From Candidatus Latescibacterota bacterium (GTDB lineage: Bacteria; Latescibacterota; UBA2968; GCA-2709665), in NCBI GenBank assembly GCA_965226795.1, contig CBDDDZ010000005.1:512001-576000 (forward strand): 64,000 nt of DNA. The letters run 5' to 3'. The translations under genes and the position numbers were made by a program. Shown here in pieces: positions 38,996 to 49,792 of the stretch. The stretch's first letter is position 1, and every line of letters begins with the position of its first letter. A model generated the notes under the pieces. The model saw nothing but the letters and a program-made list of their open reading frames with translations, was not told the DNA's origin and searched no databases.

Positions 38996-39806
38996 GTTGT
39001 GTTTCAATACGAGTACGATACGGCCCGCACCGATCGTGGAAAAGATCCGGGCGGCGGGTGTAGGGGGGTATGACTCGGTCGAGTTGTGGAATGAAGACCT
39101 GACGGACTGGGAACAGGGCGGCGGGAGGTTATCCGAGTTAAGACAGGTGCTCGATGACTACAATCTCGCGGTGCCCGACGTGGTTCACTTTTCCGGGTGG
39201 ATGGATGCGACCGATCAGGTTTTCAAAACCGAGCTTCTCGGTGAAGCCCGGCGGCTGATGGAACAGGGCGTGGCCATCGGAGCGCCCCGCATCATCGCGG
39301 GGCCCGCGCGCGGGCAGGTGGATCTTAATCGGGCGGCGGACCGCTATTGCCGGCTGATTGAACTCGGACAGGAGGTGGGATGCGTTCCCGCCCTCGAATT
39401 CCTGGGTTTCGTGGATCACGTCAATAACGTCGATACGTTGATGGCGATCGTGAACCTGGCGGATCATCCCGAGACCATGGTTGTGATGGACGCGTTTCAT
39501 ATCTATCGCGGCGGCGGTCGGGACGAGGATATCCTGAAGGTCCCGGGAGCGCAGGTAGCCATTTTCCACATTGACGATGCGCCGCGAACCGACCGCCGAA
39601 GGGAGACCCTTACGGACGGAGACCGGGTGTATCCCGGCGATGGTATTCTGAACCTGGAAAACATGCTGCGGATGCTGGCATCCCAGGGCTTCTCCGGTCC
39701 TGTATCTCTCGAGTTGTTCAATGAAGCCCTGTGGCGACAGGACGCTCGAGAGGTCGCCCGGGCCGGGGCGGAGAAGGTGAGACGATTGATCGAATCCGTG
39801 GAATGA
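38982..39806 (+). CDS. Sugar phosphate isomerase/epimerase
   Basis: GYDSVELW, ALEFLG, DAFHIYRG, PGDG, SLELFN. Confidence 0.88.
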   Translation: MAGFELCFNTSTIRPAPIVEKIRAAGVGGYDSVELWNEDLTDWEQGGGRLSELRQVLDDYNLAVPDVVHFSGWMDATDQVFKTELLGEARRLMEQGVAIGAPRIIAGPARGQVDLNRAADRYCRLIELGQEVGCVPALEFLGFVDHVNNVDTLMAIVNLADHPETMVVMDAFHIYRGGGRDEDILKVPGAQVAIFHIDDAPRTDRRRETLTDGDRVYPGDGILNLENMLRMLASQGFSGPVSLELFNEALWRQDAREVARAGAEKVRRLIESVE

Positions 39807-40807
39807 ATACGCGGAGCCCTGACATGGTATACGTTGGCAAAGCGGGGATCCCCGGGTCGACCGTGCTTGCGCCGCTGGCCGGCGTGACGGATCGGTCGTT
39901 CCGGTTGCTGTGCCGGGAGCAGGGCGCGGGTCTCGCTGTAACGGAAATGGTGAGCGCCCGCGGACTGGCCGACGGCAGCGAGCGCTCGAGCCGATACCTG
40001 GATTTCGAGGCGGACGAGCATCCGATTTCCGTTCAGATATTCGGGTCCGAACCCGATGAAATGGCCGAAGGTGCGCGGGTGGCCGCCGAACGCAATCCGG
40101 ATATGCTGGATATCAACTGCGGTTGTCCCGTGAAGAAGATCGTAAACCGGCGCGCGGGCGCGGCCCTGCTGAAGGATCCGTCGCGGCTGGGCAGGATCGT
40201 TTCGGCGATGGCGCGGGCTGTGTCCATTCCGGTTACCCTGAAGATCCGCAGCGGGTGGGACGATGCCGACAGGGCATCGGAGGTCGCCCGTATGGCGGAA
40301 GACATGGGCGCCGCGGCGATCGCCGTGCATGGCCGGACGCGACAGGCCGGGTTTTCTGGCCGGGCGGACTGGGATGTGATCCGCGAAGTATCCGATGCCG
40401 TTTCGATTCCCGTAATCGGCAACGGCGACGTCAGGAACCCGCTGGCCGCGCGGGACATGATGGAACAGACGGGATGTGATCTGGTCATGGTGGGCCGATG
40501 GGCGATTGGAGACCCTTGGCTGTTCGGACGGATCGAGCACTTTCTGGCGACCGGCGTGCTGTTGGCGCCGCCGTCGGCCTGCGAACGGGTGAGAATGGCC
40601 ATTCGGCACCTGCGGCTCTCGGTGGAAATCAAAGGGCTCCCCGCGGGGGTTCGTGAGATGAGAAGGCATTTTGCCGCGTATATAAAGGGCATCGATGGCG
40701 CCGCGCCGTTTCGACGCGCGTTGATGACGGAGGACGACCCGGAGGTGGTTGAAGCCATATTTAACGCCGTACGGCGGAAGGCGGAGGAGGTGTCCGGTGA
40801 CGCCTGA
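39803..40807 (+). CDS. dusB: tRNA dihydrouridine synthase B
   Basis: LAPLAGVTD, DINCGCP, TLKIRSGWD, VHGRT, IGNGDV. Confidence 0.92.
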   Translation: MNTRSPDMVYVGKAGIPGSTVLAPLAGVTDRSFRLLCREQGAGLAVTEMVSARGLADGSERSSRYLDFEADEHPISVQIFGSEPDEMAEGARVAAERNPDMLDINCGCPVKKIVNRRAGAALLKDPSRLGRIVSAMARAVSIPVTLKIRSGWDDADRASEVARMAEDMGAAAIAVHGRTRQAGFSGRADWDVIREVSDAVSIPVIGNGDVRNPLAARDMMEQTGCDLVMVGRWAIGDPWLFGRIEHFLATGVLLAPPSACERVRMAIRHLRLSVEIKGLPAGVREMRRHFAAYIKGIDGAAPFRRALMTEDDPEVVEAIFNAVRRKAEEVSGDA

Positions 40808-41573
40808 GCAAATCCGGCATGTGCTGGAGGCGGTGCGCGAAAACGAACTGGATGTCGACAGCGCGATGGCACGGTTGAAGAAGCTGCCGTTTGAAGACCT
40901 GGGGTTCGCGCACGTGGACCATCATCGGGCCATGCGGCAGGGATTCCCCGAGGTAATCTTCTGCCAGGGCAAGACCGTCGAACAGGTTGTGGAAATCGCA
41001 CGCCGGATTTCTGACGCGGGATCCACGCTTCTGGCAACAAGGGCCGACGTAGCCCAGGCTGACGCTGTGCGTTCGGCCTTGACCGGAGTGGACTACAACC
41101 CGGTGGCGAGGACGTTGTTTATGCGCGGAAGCGATTTGGGCAGTATCGCGACGACAGGAGAGGTCCTGGTTATTTCAGCGGGAACATCCGATTTGCCGGT
41201 TGCCGAAGAGGCCGTGGTAACAGTGGAGGCGATGGGAAGCCGGGTGAGAAAGCTGTACGACGTGGGTGTTGCGGGGATTCATCGGTTGTTCGCCTATAGG
41301 GAACAGATCGACCAGGCCGCGGTGATTGTGGTGGTGGCGGGAATGGAGGGCGCGCTACCTTCGGTCGTGGGCGGGTTGGTGGACGTCCCCGTGATTGCGG
41401 TGCCGACCAGCGTGGGCTATGGCGCGAGTTTCGGTGGATTGGCCGCGCTGTTGGGGACGTTGAATTCCTGCGCGCCAGGCGTGGCGGCTGTAAATATCGA
41501 CAATGGATTCGGCGCGGGTTTCTTCGCGGGTCTCGTCACACGGGCGCATGCTCGCGGCGGGCGAGGGTCTTAG
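40797..41573 (+). CDS. larB: Nickel-pincer cofactor biosynthesis protein LarB
   Basis: DHHR..RQGFPEVIF, AGTSDLPVAEEA, DVGVAGIHRL, AGMEGALPSVV, VNIDNGFGA. Confidence 0.92.
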   Translation: MTPEQIRHVLEAVRENELDVDSAMARLKKLPFEDLGFAHVDHHRAMRQGFPEVIFCQGKTVEQVVEIARRISDAGSTLLATRADVAQADAVRSALTGVDYNPVARTLFMRGSDLGSIATTGEVLVISAGTSDLPVAEEAVVTVEAMGSRVRKLYDVGVAGIHRLFAYREQIDQAAVIVVVAGMEGALPSVVGGLVDVPVIAVPTSVGYGASFGGLAALLGTLNSCAPGVAAVNIDNGFGAGFFAGLVTRAHARGGRGS

Positions 41574-41576
41574 CCG

Positions 41577-43031
41577 CTACCGGCGTCCGAGGCCCAGGCG
41601 ATTCTCGAGTGGAACGGGATGTCCGGCGGTATCCGCGAGCGGTCGCGCGGGAAACGAGTGTTTCGTTTTCAGGCTGAGAAAGACCAGAAAGAGCAGCGCG
41701 ACCGGTACGGCCAGCAGGTCTGCCGGTAGATCCGGCGTGAGATAGATAAGGCAGATCCACGCGATGAAGCCCGAAACCATGGCCCCAAGCGCGCCGGGCA
41801 GATTGGCTCGAGACCACCAGATGCCCGCGGTGAGCGGCACAAAGAGGGTGGCCAGCAGGATCGACCATGAGTTTACCATCAGCGTATAGACCGTATTGTG
41901 CGCCAGTGCGAGGTAGACGGCAATCAGGCCGAGAATCGGTACGCTGATGCGGCAGATCCGCAGAATGATACGTTCGTCGGCGTCCGGACGGACGTAACGG
42001 ACCAGATCCCATCCGATAACGCTGGCCGGGGCGAGCAGGGCGCTGTCCGCGCTGCTCATCAGGGCGGAAACGAGCGCGCCGAGAAAAACGGCCATCGCCA
42101 GGGGCGAGAGATATTTCATGCCCAGGTGCATCATGATCATTTCCGGATCGCCGAGGTCGGGAAAGATGAGGGTTCCGGCGATGCCGAGAAAGACCGGAAG
42201 CAGCCCGACGGTCATATAGAGCGCGCCGGCAAGGTAGGCGCTCTTCTGGGCGACGGATTCATTTTTGCTCGATAGGCTGCGCTGGACCAGATCCTGTCCC
42301 GCCAGATTGCCCAGGCCGATTACCAGCCAGTCCCGGGCGTAGGCGAACCAGCCGGGCGGACCGGCGTTTCGGGGATAGAGGTAAAACCGGTCTTCATGGA
42401 TTCGCGCACTGAGGGCCGACCATCCGCCCATGTCGTTCAGCAGTAGCGGTGTAATGACCAGCAGACCCACCGTCAGAACGGCAACCTGGATGAAGTCCGT
42501 AAGCGTGACGGCCCACATGCCCCCCGCGGTTGTGTAGACGAGTACGATAGCGGCGCCGATACAGATGCCCAGGGTCGGGTCAAGTCCGGTGAGCGATTGG
42601 ATGACCCGGCCGAAGGCGACCATAAGGGACGCCACCCATCCGAGATACGCGGGGATGGTGCACAGCGCGGCCACAGCACCCGCCGCGCGCCCGAAGCGGC
42701 TTTCAAAAAAGCCAGCGATGGTCGTCAGGCCCATCCGGCGCATGATCCGGACGTAGAAGAGCCCAGCCAGAAAGAGACACAGGGCGGCGCCGAACGGATC
42801 GGCGATAACGCCCAGAAATCCCTTCTTGTAGGCCTCGCCGGCAGCGCCGATGACGATGCCGCCCCCGAACCACGTGGCCGCCAGGGTTCCGGTGGCGAGC
42901 CAGATGCCCAGCCTCCGGCCGGCAACGATAAAGTCGGCCGAGCCTTTTACCCGCCGACCGGCGTAGAGCCCCACCCCGAGGGTGAACAGAATGTAGGCGG
43001 AGAGACCAAGGATGATGGAAAGGTTGGGCAT
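41577..43031 (-). CDS. Sodium:solute symporter family transporter
   Basis: About 13 TM; DFIVAGR, ATWFGGG, GGMWAVTLTDFIQ, SALMSSADS. Confidence 0.92.
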   Translation of the reverse strand: MPNLSIILGLSAYILFTLGVGLYAGRRVKGSADFIVAGRRLGIWLATGTLAATWFGGGIVIGAAGEAYKKGFLGVIADPFGAALCLFLAGLFYVRIMRRMGLTTIAGFFESRFGRAAGAVAALCTIPAYLGWVASLMVAFGRVIQSLTGLDPTLGICIGAAIVLVYTTAGGMWAVTLTDFIQVAVLTVGLLVITPLLLNDMGGWSALSARIHEDRFYLYPRNAGPPGWFAYARDWLVIGLGNLAGQDLVQRSLSSKNESVAQKSAYLAGALYMTVGLLPVFLGIAGTLIFPDLGDPEMIMMHLGMKYLSPLAMAVFLGALVSALMSSADSALLAPASVIGWDLVRYVRPDADERIILRICRISVPILGLIAVYLALAHNTVYTLMVNSWSILLATLFVPLTAGIWWSRANLPGALGAMVSGFIAWICLIYLTPDLPADLLAVPVALLFLVFLSLKTKHSFPARPLADTAGHPVPLENRLGLGRR

Positions 43032-43090
43032 GTCAAGACCTGGAATCAGGATTCAGAAATCGGGCGACGGCGTTCTGTAAACATCCCGAT

Positions 43091-44242
43091 TCACTCTATG
43101 CGGTTGTATTGTTTTAGGATGTCGACAAGTCGGTCCAGGGGCAGGCCGGGAATAGTATTGTTGTCCCGGCCCGTCATGGTGTCCGCGGCGCAGAGCGCGT
43201 TGACAATGGCTTCTTCTGTGGCCTCGACCGTGGCCTGTAACAGCGGATTCAGGCGATGGTCGCGCAGTGTGTGTACGGTATCCGCCATCGCTGCGTTCCG
43301 GGGGATGCGGCGGGCGGTGGAGAAAGCGAGAACCAGGTCGCCGCTGCTCGTTCGCGAGAACGTGCCGGTACGGCTCACTCCGAGGGCGGACCGTTTGCAG
43401 AGCCGGCGAAGCTGAATAGGGATCAGCGGAGCGTCGGTGGCGATCAGGATGACAATGGAGCCGTCGCGGGCCGGCGGGCGGGGCGCCACTGGCAGGTGTC
43501 GTCCGACGGGAACCCCGTTGATGACCAGATTGGGACGCCGGCCGCAGTTGGCATTCACAAGTACGCCAAGAGTATACCCGCCCTGCGCGTCGTCGAGCAC
43601 CCGCGACGCCGTACCCACGCCGGCCTTGAAGCCATAAGCCCGCATCCCCGTGCCCGCGCCCACCGATCCTTCGTCAACCGGCCCCCCCGCTGCGGATTCG
43701 ATCGCCAGGATGGCATGGTCCTCCTTTACGTGGCGGCCCGCGATATCGTTGAGGCCGCCGTCGTAACATTCGGCTATAACGGGCAGGGGCACGCGCCCAG
43801 CATCCTGTTGGAGCATATAGGCGACAACGCCGCTGTACGCCTCGCCGACGCTGAGGGTGTTGGTGAGGATCACCGGCACCTCCAGCAGACCCCGTTCGTT
43901 GATCCACTCCATGCCGGTCATCTCGCCGTTTCCGTTGAGCGCTTCGGCCGCGGCGAAGACCTGGTTCAGGTAGACGTCGTCGGGGTGTGGTACCACGGCG
44001 GTGACACCGGTACGGACGGGACCCTTTCCGACAACCAGTTTCCCCTCGCCGCTGATTAGGGTGACGTGGCCCACCTGGACGCCCGAGACGTCGGTAATGG
44101 CGTTATCGGGGCCGGGCGAAAGCACACCGATACGGATACCGAGATCACGTGCCCTGGGACGCTGGGCGCATGCGGTGCCCGCACAGAGCGCGAGACTGAG
44201 GAGCGTGAGTACCCATCGGCGAAAATTTGTAAAGGAATCCAT
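43091..44242 (-). CDS. DmpA-like P1 family aminopeptidase, exported
   Basis: NAITDV.GV.VGH, RTGVTA, LNGNGEMTG, EGSVGAGTG, DGSIVI autocleavage site. Confidence 0.92.
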   Translation of the reverse strand: MDSFTNFRRWVLTLLSLALCAGTACAQRPRARDLGIRIGVLSPGPDNAITDVSGVQVGHVTLISGEGKLVVGKGPVRTGVTAVVPHPDDVYLNQVFAAAEALNGNGEMTGMEWINERGLLEVPVILTNTLSVGEAYSGVVAYMLQQDAGRVPLPVIAECYDGGLNDIAGRHVKEDHAILAIESAAGGPVDEGSVGAGTGMRAYGFKAGVGTASRVLDDAQGGYTLGVLVNANCGRRPNLVINGVPVGRHLPVAPRPPARDGSIVILIATDAPLIPIQLRRLCKRSALGVSRTGTFSRTSSGDLVLAFSTARRIPRNAAMADTVHTLRDHRLNPLLQATVEATEEAIVNALCAADTMTGRDNNTIPGLPLDRLVDILKQYNRIE

Positions 44243-44325
44243 AACGCAGAAGTCGGAGTTCGGGCTGACGGGAGACCGGTGCCGCGGGAAGCACCCGTTT
44301 GTTTCAAATGCTCGGGATGCCCCGC

Positions 44326-45582
44326 TTACGTACGCGCCTGGCGCACCTTAATCGGCCTGTTCGGGCGGCCGACGTCAGCCTTTCGCCGGACACGAAATTC
44401 CGATTTGGAAAAGAAACCGGCTTTCACTGTTCCCACCTGGCGCGTCCGGTGGGTTCTGTCTTTCCAGACGAAACTCCCGAATGTTCCTGACAAACCCACC
44501 AGGACCGTGTACGGAATCTGCAGAAGTTCCCACACCGGTAAAACCGGGAGGAGGTCGGTCCGGCCGAAGAGGCGGGCGCCTTTCCATACCACGCCCAGAT
44601 CCGCCAGTGTTTTGACCGCGAAACAGGCCAGCGGCAGGCCGTAGGCCTGTTCGCCCACACCCAGGATCGTGGCGGCAGGTATGAGAAGGTTGAGCAGAAA
44701 GACATTCGCGAGATAGACGAAAAATACGGGATTGAGCGTCACCACGTTTCGGGCGTTCGACGCCCATCGGCGCCGCTGGGTCCAGAAACCGGCCATGGAT
44801 TCGGAGCGCCGGGTGTTGACAAAGGTGTCCGGGTGGTTTGCAAATGCGACCTTCGCGCCAGCCCGGCGGAACAACTGAAGCAGGAGTACGTCGTCACCGG
44901 ACGGGCAATGGGCGACCTTCTCGAATCCGTCAACCCGTTCGAAGAGTGCCTTCCGGTAGCCCAGGTTCTGGCCGGTCGCGGCCAGCGGCATCCCCAGGTT
45001 GGCGGCACCGGCCGACGCGGACATGAGGGCGAGAAAGTCGAATGCCTGCAACCGTTCCACCGGCATCAGCCGATCCTGGTCGGTCTTGACCTGCGAATAC
45101 CCGATGACGACGTCCGCGCCGGCTTCGAGTTGCGAGACCATGCCGGCGATCCAGGTGTTCGGCACGGCACAATCCGCGTCGGTGGTTAGAATGATACTGC
45201 CTCGCGCGGCCCTTATGCCCTCGGAAAGGGGCCGTTTTTTCGCGGCCATATGCTGAAAGGCGTCCGTGACTTCAATGTTTCGGACCCGGGAATGCCGGGC
45301 GGAATACCCGGCCGAGATAAGCGGCGTCGGGTCGGTTGAACCGTCGTCGACGACCAGGACTTCGTATCGGTCGGCGGGATAGGTCTGGTTGACCAACCCC
45401 GCGAGGCAATCGGCGATATATTCCGCTTCGTTTCTCGCCGCAACCACGACCGACACGAACGGCCGTGAGTGGGCGCAAGCGGGCCTGTTCTTTCGGCGCA
45501 GGCCAATCAGAAAAGCCACGGCGGCGCCGAGGTAGATTGCCGTTGAAACCAGCAGGAAGGCATTGATCAGGGAGGTCAACAC
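44326..45582 (-). CDS. GT2 glycosyltransferase
   Basis: VVVAARNE, DDGSTD, TDADC, SGDD, QRRRW. Confidence 0.92.
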   Translation of the reverse strand: MLTSLINAFLLVSTAIYLGAAVAFLIGLRRKNRPACAHSRPFVSVVVAARNEAEYIADCLAGLVNQTYPADRYEVLVVDDGSTDPTPLISAGYSARHSRVRNIEVTDAFQHMAAKKRPLSEGIRAARGSIILTTDADCAVPNTWIAGMVSQLEAGADVVIGYSQVKTDQDRLMPVERLQAFDFLALMSASAGAANLGMPLAATGQNLGYRKALFERVDGFEKVAHCPSGDDVLLLQLFRRAGAKVAFANHPDTFVNTRRSESMAGFWTQRRRWASNARNVVTLNPVFFVYLANVFLLNLLIPAATILGVGEQAYGLPLACFAVKTLADLGVVWKGARLFGRTDLLPVLPVWELLQIPYTVLVGLSGTFGSFVWKDRTHRTRQVGTVKAGFFSKSEFRVRRKADVGRPNRPIKVRQART

Positions 45583-45769
45583 GGATATATGGGGTCGGAA
45601 GCGGTTGGAACCTGAACTTGAACGACGTGAAACGACGAAAACCGATCGACGGCGGAAAGCGATCCGGGATCATGACGACGGCAGCGGGTGGAAGCGAGGC
45701 AGGCGGAGGCCCGGGATCCGGACGCCGATTCTGCGCCGGCGCGCGCATCGCAGCCGCGGGTTGCCGTCT

Positions 45770-46828
45770 CTAATGTTTCACCTCTTCGATATCGTAGAAC
45801 ATGCCTTTGATGCCTTCGGAACAGTTATTGCAAATGGGTACCGAAGACCGGTCCTTGAGGATGGCGTTTCTGAAGCCGGTATAGGCCGCGCCGGACCAGA
45901 TGTTTTCGAAGTCCGGCTCTTCCAGCGTGTTTCCCAGTCCGTAATGGACGTCTTTGTCGAAACAGCACGGTGACACGGCCCCGTCCCAGTTGACGACTGT
46001 ACTGTACCAGAGGTGCCTGCAGGAATTGGTAATCTTGCCGTTCATCGTGAGTTGGTCCGCATCGTAACGGTAGCGGCTTAAAGACTCGTTTTCAGGAAGG
46101 TACTGTTCCGCCTCTGTATCGGTATAGACCTGGGCTGTTTTGAGCGATAGGCGGTCAACGCCCAGATCCCTCGCCAGGTTCCGGGCGGCGTCGATCTCGG
46201 TCTCGTTGTGTTTGAAAATGATGAACTGCAGGTGGATGACGGGATGGTCCGCATTCAGCGTCTTCTTTGCCGTACTGAGGAGGCGGATCCCGTCAAGTAC
46301 CCGGTCGAAGTTGCCGCCGACGCGGTACTTGACGTAGGATTCCGGGGTCACCCCGTCCAGGGAGACCACGATTTCGTCCAGACCGGAGGTGACGATATCT
46401 TCGGCATCGCTTCGGCTTCGGATGTAGTGGACGTTGGTGCTGGTGATGGTTGGGACGTTGTGTGCCTTGGCCAGACGGACCATGTCGGTCAGCCGCTTGT
46501 TGATGAAGGGTTCGCCCTGGTTCCACAGCATCAGGAGCACGAGGTCTTTCGCCTGTTCCTCGAAGATCCGCTTGAAGGCTTCGAATTCCATCGTGCCGCG
46601 CGGCCTGGTCAACCCCCCGTTGCCGGATGGACAGAGCGGGCATTTGAGGTTGCAGAGGTTCGTGGGCTCCAGCATCAGGATGAAGGGGCGGCCCATCCGG
46701 ATATCCCGTTTGGCCAGGCGCGAGAGGGAGTAGGAGGCAACCACTTTGGCTGCGTTCCAGACCCGCCGGACCGTCAACGCTCGGTGGTAGCGCGCAACGA
46801 TCCTGGGCAACAGTCTGAGTGAGAGCAT
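45770..46828 (-). CDS. Radical SAM / SPASM-domain protein
   Basis: CNLKCPLC; C-terminal C.HLW...WDG.VSPCC...C..C. Confidence 0.92.
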   Translation of the reverse strand: MLSLRLLPRIVARYHRALTVRRVWNAAKVVASYSLSRLAKRDIRMGRPFILMLEPTNLCNLKCPLCPSGNGGLTRPRGTMEFEAFKRIFEEQAKDLVLLMLWNQGEPFINKRLTDMVRLAKAHNVPTITSTNVHYIRSRSDAEDIVTSGLDEIVVSLDGVTPESYVKYRVGGNFDRVLDGIRLLSTAKKTLNADHPVIHLQFIIFKHNETEIDAARNLARDLGVDRLSLKTAQVYTDTEAEQYLPENESLSRYRYDADQLTMNGKITNSCRHLWYSTVVNWDGAVSPCCFDKDVHYGLGNTLEEPDFENIWSGAAYTGFRNAILKDRSSVPICNNCSEGIKGMFYDIEEVKH

Positions 46829-46830
46829 AT

Positions 46831-47931
46831 CTATTTCCAGCGGGAGAGGGAAAACGCGCCCAGTGCGCAAAATACGACGATATAAGGCACGGCGAGCAAC
46901 TCCATGATTGGAAAGGACCACAGGAGTTGGCGTGCATTAAAAAGGCGAGCCGCTCCGTACAGAAGCAGCCAGTCGGCGAGTATTTTAGCCGCGGCTATCA
47001 GGCCGAAGGGAAACAGGAACGCCGGCTCCTGCCAGGCCAGAAGGGGCCCGGCGGCGAGAATCAGATGGAATATATAGATACTCACGGCGACAAGCAAGAC
47101 CGAATTTCCGTAGTAAACGGCTTTGGACTGGTACCGGACCTGGCGGCCGTAAAGGCCGTCGGTATGGGGGCTTGAACTCACGCTGGCTTCGGGATTGAAT
47201 CGAATGCGCCATGCCGTCCGCGAGGCGATGCGCCGCATCAGCAGGACGTCGTCCCCGCCGCGAATATGGCCGATGGGTTCGAAGCCGCCGGCATCGTGGA
47301 ATGCGGATCTTCGGTAGGCCAGATTCCGACCGGTACAGGTCAGCGGAAAACCCAGGCCCATGCTGCCTGCCGCCAGGGCGGACACCACCAGACTTTGAAG
47401 GGCAAGCATTCGGGACAAGAGCCCACTTTTCGGGATCAGAGGCGCATATCCGGCGACCACGCCGACGTCAGGGTCAAAGGCGCGTACGGTGGAAGCGATC
47501 CAGTCCGGGGAAGGGGCGCAGTCCGCATCGGTGGTGAGGATGATCTCGCCGGCGCCGGAGTGAATGCCGAGGTGCAGGGCGTTTTTTTTGGGGCAGGCGA
47601 ACGGCCCGCCGGTTGCGCGCACGACTCTGAGACCGGGGATCCGGTGGGTCCACACAAGCGCACGGCTGGAGGTGTCGTCGGTTGAACGGTCGTCGACGAC
47701 GATGACTTCGGTGTGTTCGGGAGGATAGGTCTGAGCGGCAAGGGCTGCGAGGCACGCTTCGACGCGATGGGCCTCGTTGCGGGCGGGAACGACGACCGTG
47801 ACGTCCGGGTTGTGGGCGTTGCGGCCCTGCGACAATCGACTCAGACCTTTACGGATGGCGCCTGCGACGACAACATAGACCAGGCAAAGGAGCGATGAGA
47901 CGAACGCCAGCGTTTCCATCGTGGCCGTCAT
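46831..47931 (-). CDS. GT2 glycosyltransferase
   Basis: VVVPARNE, DDRSTD, TDADC, GGDD. Confidence 0.9.
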   Translation of the reverse strand: MTATMETLAFVSSLLCLVYVVVAGAIRKGLSRLSQGRNAHNPDVTVVVPARNEAHRVEACLAALAAQTYPPEHTEVIVVDDRSTDDTSSRALVWTHRIPGLRVVRATGGPFACPKKNALHLGIHSGAGEIILTTDADCAPSPDWIASTVRAFDPDVGVVAGYAPLIPKSGLLSRMLALQSLVVSALAAGSMGLGFPLTCTGRNLAYRRSAFHDAGGFEPIGHIRGGDDVLLMRRIASRTAWRIRFNPEASVSSSPHTDGLYGRQVRYQSKAVYYGNSVLLVAVSIYIFHLILAAGPLLAWQEPAFLFPFGLIAAAKILADWLLLYGAARLFNARQLLWSFPIMELLAVPYIVVFCALGAFSLSRWK

Positions 47932-49109
47932 GTATCGCGGGCACCGCGGACATCGCCGATACACTGTCTGATCCAGGCCAGATTGGCTTCCGGCATAATG
48001 CCGTAATTGTAGAACGAAAAGCGGCGGATGCCCAGGCTCAATGCGCATTCGACGCCTGCCCGGAGTGTCCGGACGTCCGGAGAAGCCGGAGGATAGGCCT
48101 GAAGGCCGACCACGAGTTGCTGTGGGTTTTTCAGGTCGGGTACAATGTCGGAGATAGTCGCTTGTATGCAGTTGGCGTCGGGTGTATAGGCGAGGGTTTC
48201 CGCGTAATCCGCGATTTCCGCGAGACGCGAGCGGCCCACGGCCGTGCCGTATCGATCTCCCATAAAGATGAAAGAAACAGGAACCCCGGCGGCGGCCTTG
48301 ACCTCCTTCAGCAGGCTCGCGACAACCTCGTCGCGCATCCGGAGAAATGGATCGAGTTGCGGCACCTCGGCGATGAGTTCCTCAGGGGATTCCGCAGGGG
48401 GGATGCCGGATGCCAGGGTCCGGCGCAGCCTGGACTCCACGGCCCGCGAAAGGGCGTTGGGATCCAGGCCTTTCTCTTTCGCCCGCGATCGACATGCGTC
48501 GCAGAAGCAGAGGGAGAGAAGCAGACGCCCCGCCGGCCCCAGCTCGACACCGTGTTTGACGTGGTAGTGGGTATGTCCGAATCCGCCATAGGAGAGAGAC
48601 TCGCATTCAAGGAGGGCGATTCCGTAATTCTTCACCAGGTCTTTGGCCAGCGCGGCGGCAAAGGTGCGGACCCCCGGGTTGGCCGGGCAGAGCCGGGAAG
48701 TGCTGACGTCGCCGGTGCAGGCGACTTCGGCGCATTCCGGATGCCGGCCGGCCTGGTAGGAGTTGTGAAGGAATACCGTCCACGCGATGAGTTCCAGACC
48801 GGCGCCGGAGGCGGCCCCGGCCGCGTCCGCGTACCAGTTTTCGCCGCCCATCAGCGGGCTGACGTGGGGCTGTATGGGCGTGTCGGCATACAGGCTCCCG
48901 TCGGGCTGAAAATAGACGGCGGCTTGCGGGATCTGGAGGAGCACCTTGCCCGGAGAATGGGGGCGCAGCATCTCGAAGGTGTGGTACGCCGAGGCCAGGC
49001 TGATTGCGTCCAGGCCGATTTCGTCCCTGAGCCGTGTTGCGATGGCTTCGGGCCGGCCGTCGGCCAGGTCCCACGGGTATGACCACAGGGTGGTGTGCAG
49101 GCTGGACAA
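47928..49109 (-). CDS. Hypothetical protein, glycoside-hydrolase-like TIM barrel
   Basis: TTG start after GGAGAGG; YPWDL, LASAYH, AWTVFLHN, LCPANP, CFCDAC, FYNYG. Confidence 0.7.
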   Translation of the reverse strand: MSSLHTTLWSYPWDLADGRPEAIATRLRDEIGLDAISLASAYHTFEMLRPHSPGKVLLQIPQAAVYFQPDGSLYADTPIQPHVSPLMGGENWYADAAGAASGAGLELIAWTVFLHNSYQAGRHPECAEVACTGDVSTSRLCPANPGVRTFAAALAKDLVKNYGIALLECESLSYGGFGHTHYHVKHGVELGPAGRLLLSLCFCDACRSRAKEKGLDPNALSRAVESRLRRTLASGIPPAESPEELIAEVPQLDPFLRMRDEVVASLLKEVKAAAGVPVSFIFMGDRYGTAVGRSRLAEIADYAETLAYTPDANCIQATISDIVPDLKNPQQLVVGLQAYPPASPDVRTLRAGVECALSLGIRRFSFYNYGIMPEANLAWIRQCIGDVRGARDT

Positions 49110-49193
49110 TTCAACCTCTCCAGGTGCAGATGGTAAACCCCCGGGGACATAAGATTCTCGAACCCCGGATGATATGGTGAACGAAAGGCCTAA

Positions 49194-49353
49194 CAGCCCG
49201 TTGAAAAAGTCCATCCGGTCTGCGGTCGGCTCTTGTGACCGAATTACTGCGTTGCGCTCCCTCCCCGAATCCCCCGATTCGACTCGGTCGCGCGCCTTGT
49301 CTTCGGTCACAATCGCTCGGCCTCGCCTGCAGAGCGACTTTATCAACGGACTG
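49194..49353. mobile_element. MITE family A, further copy
   Basis: Same TIRs; CTAA direct repeats at 49190-49193 and 49354-49357. Confidence 0.9.
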
Positions 49354-49504
49354 CTAAACTACGACGTTGATGGTACCACCTGTCTAAGGCAATTGCAAGG
49401 GATTTCGGCCGAGTGCCCTTGGCTTAGTTGGAGGGTAAGGCGAATGATGGGTCGCGCTCCAGGACCTCGATGTCTTTCTCCTATATCTCTAATTTTTATT
49501 TTCT

Positions 49505-49720
49505 TACGCCCTTTTTCTTTCTCGCCAAAGAAAAAGGGCCAAAAAGAACGGCGCCTGCCTGCCGAGCACGGCTCGGCGCAGGCAGGCCGCTCAGACGCCG
49601 CGGGGCTGCTTTTCCGCGAATATCGCCCGAAGCCGGAACATGAGACGCTGCCCTGTATACGTTTTAGCGCGGACGTTGCAATCGTGGGGAACGGAACAGC
49701 GCGGAAAAGCCCCCGCACCC
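49505..49720. repeat. Structured repeat family C, copy 1 (palindromic insert at about 49554-49586)
   Basis: Hairpin CCCTTTTTCTTT/AAAGAAAAAGGG and long stem GGGGCTGCTTTTCCGCG...CGCGGAAAAGCCCC; homologues at 52880 and 58093. Confidence 0.85.
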
Positions 49721-49792
49721 CAGACCGGCCGGTCGCCCCTACAAAACCAGGCATCCACGAATTGACATCACCAGGGCGTATCGCTTACCGCT

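Noticed and set aside
40797..41573. larB as evidence of a lactate racemase operon
   Set aside because: No larA, larC or larE in the window; stand-alone larB is common
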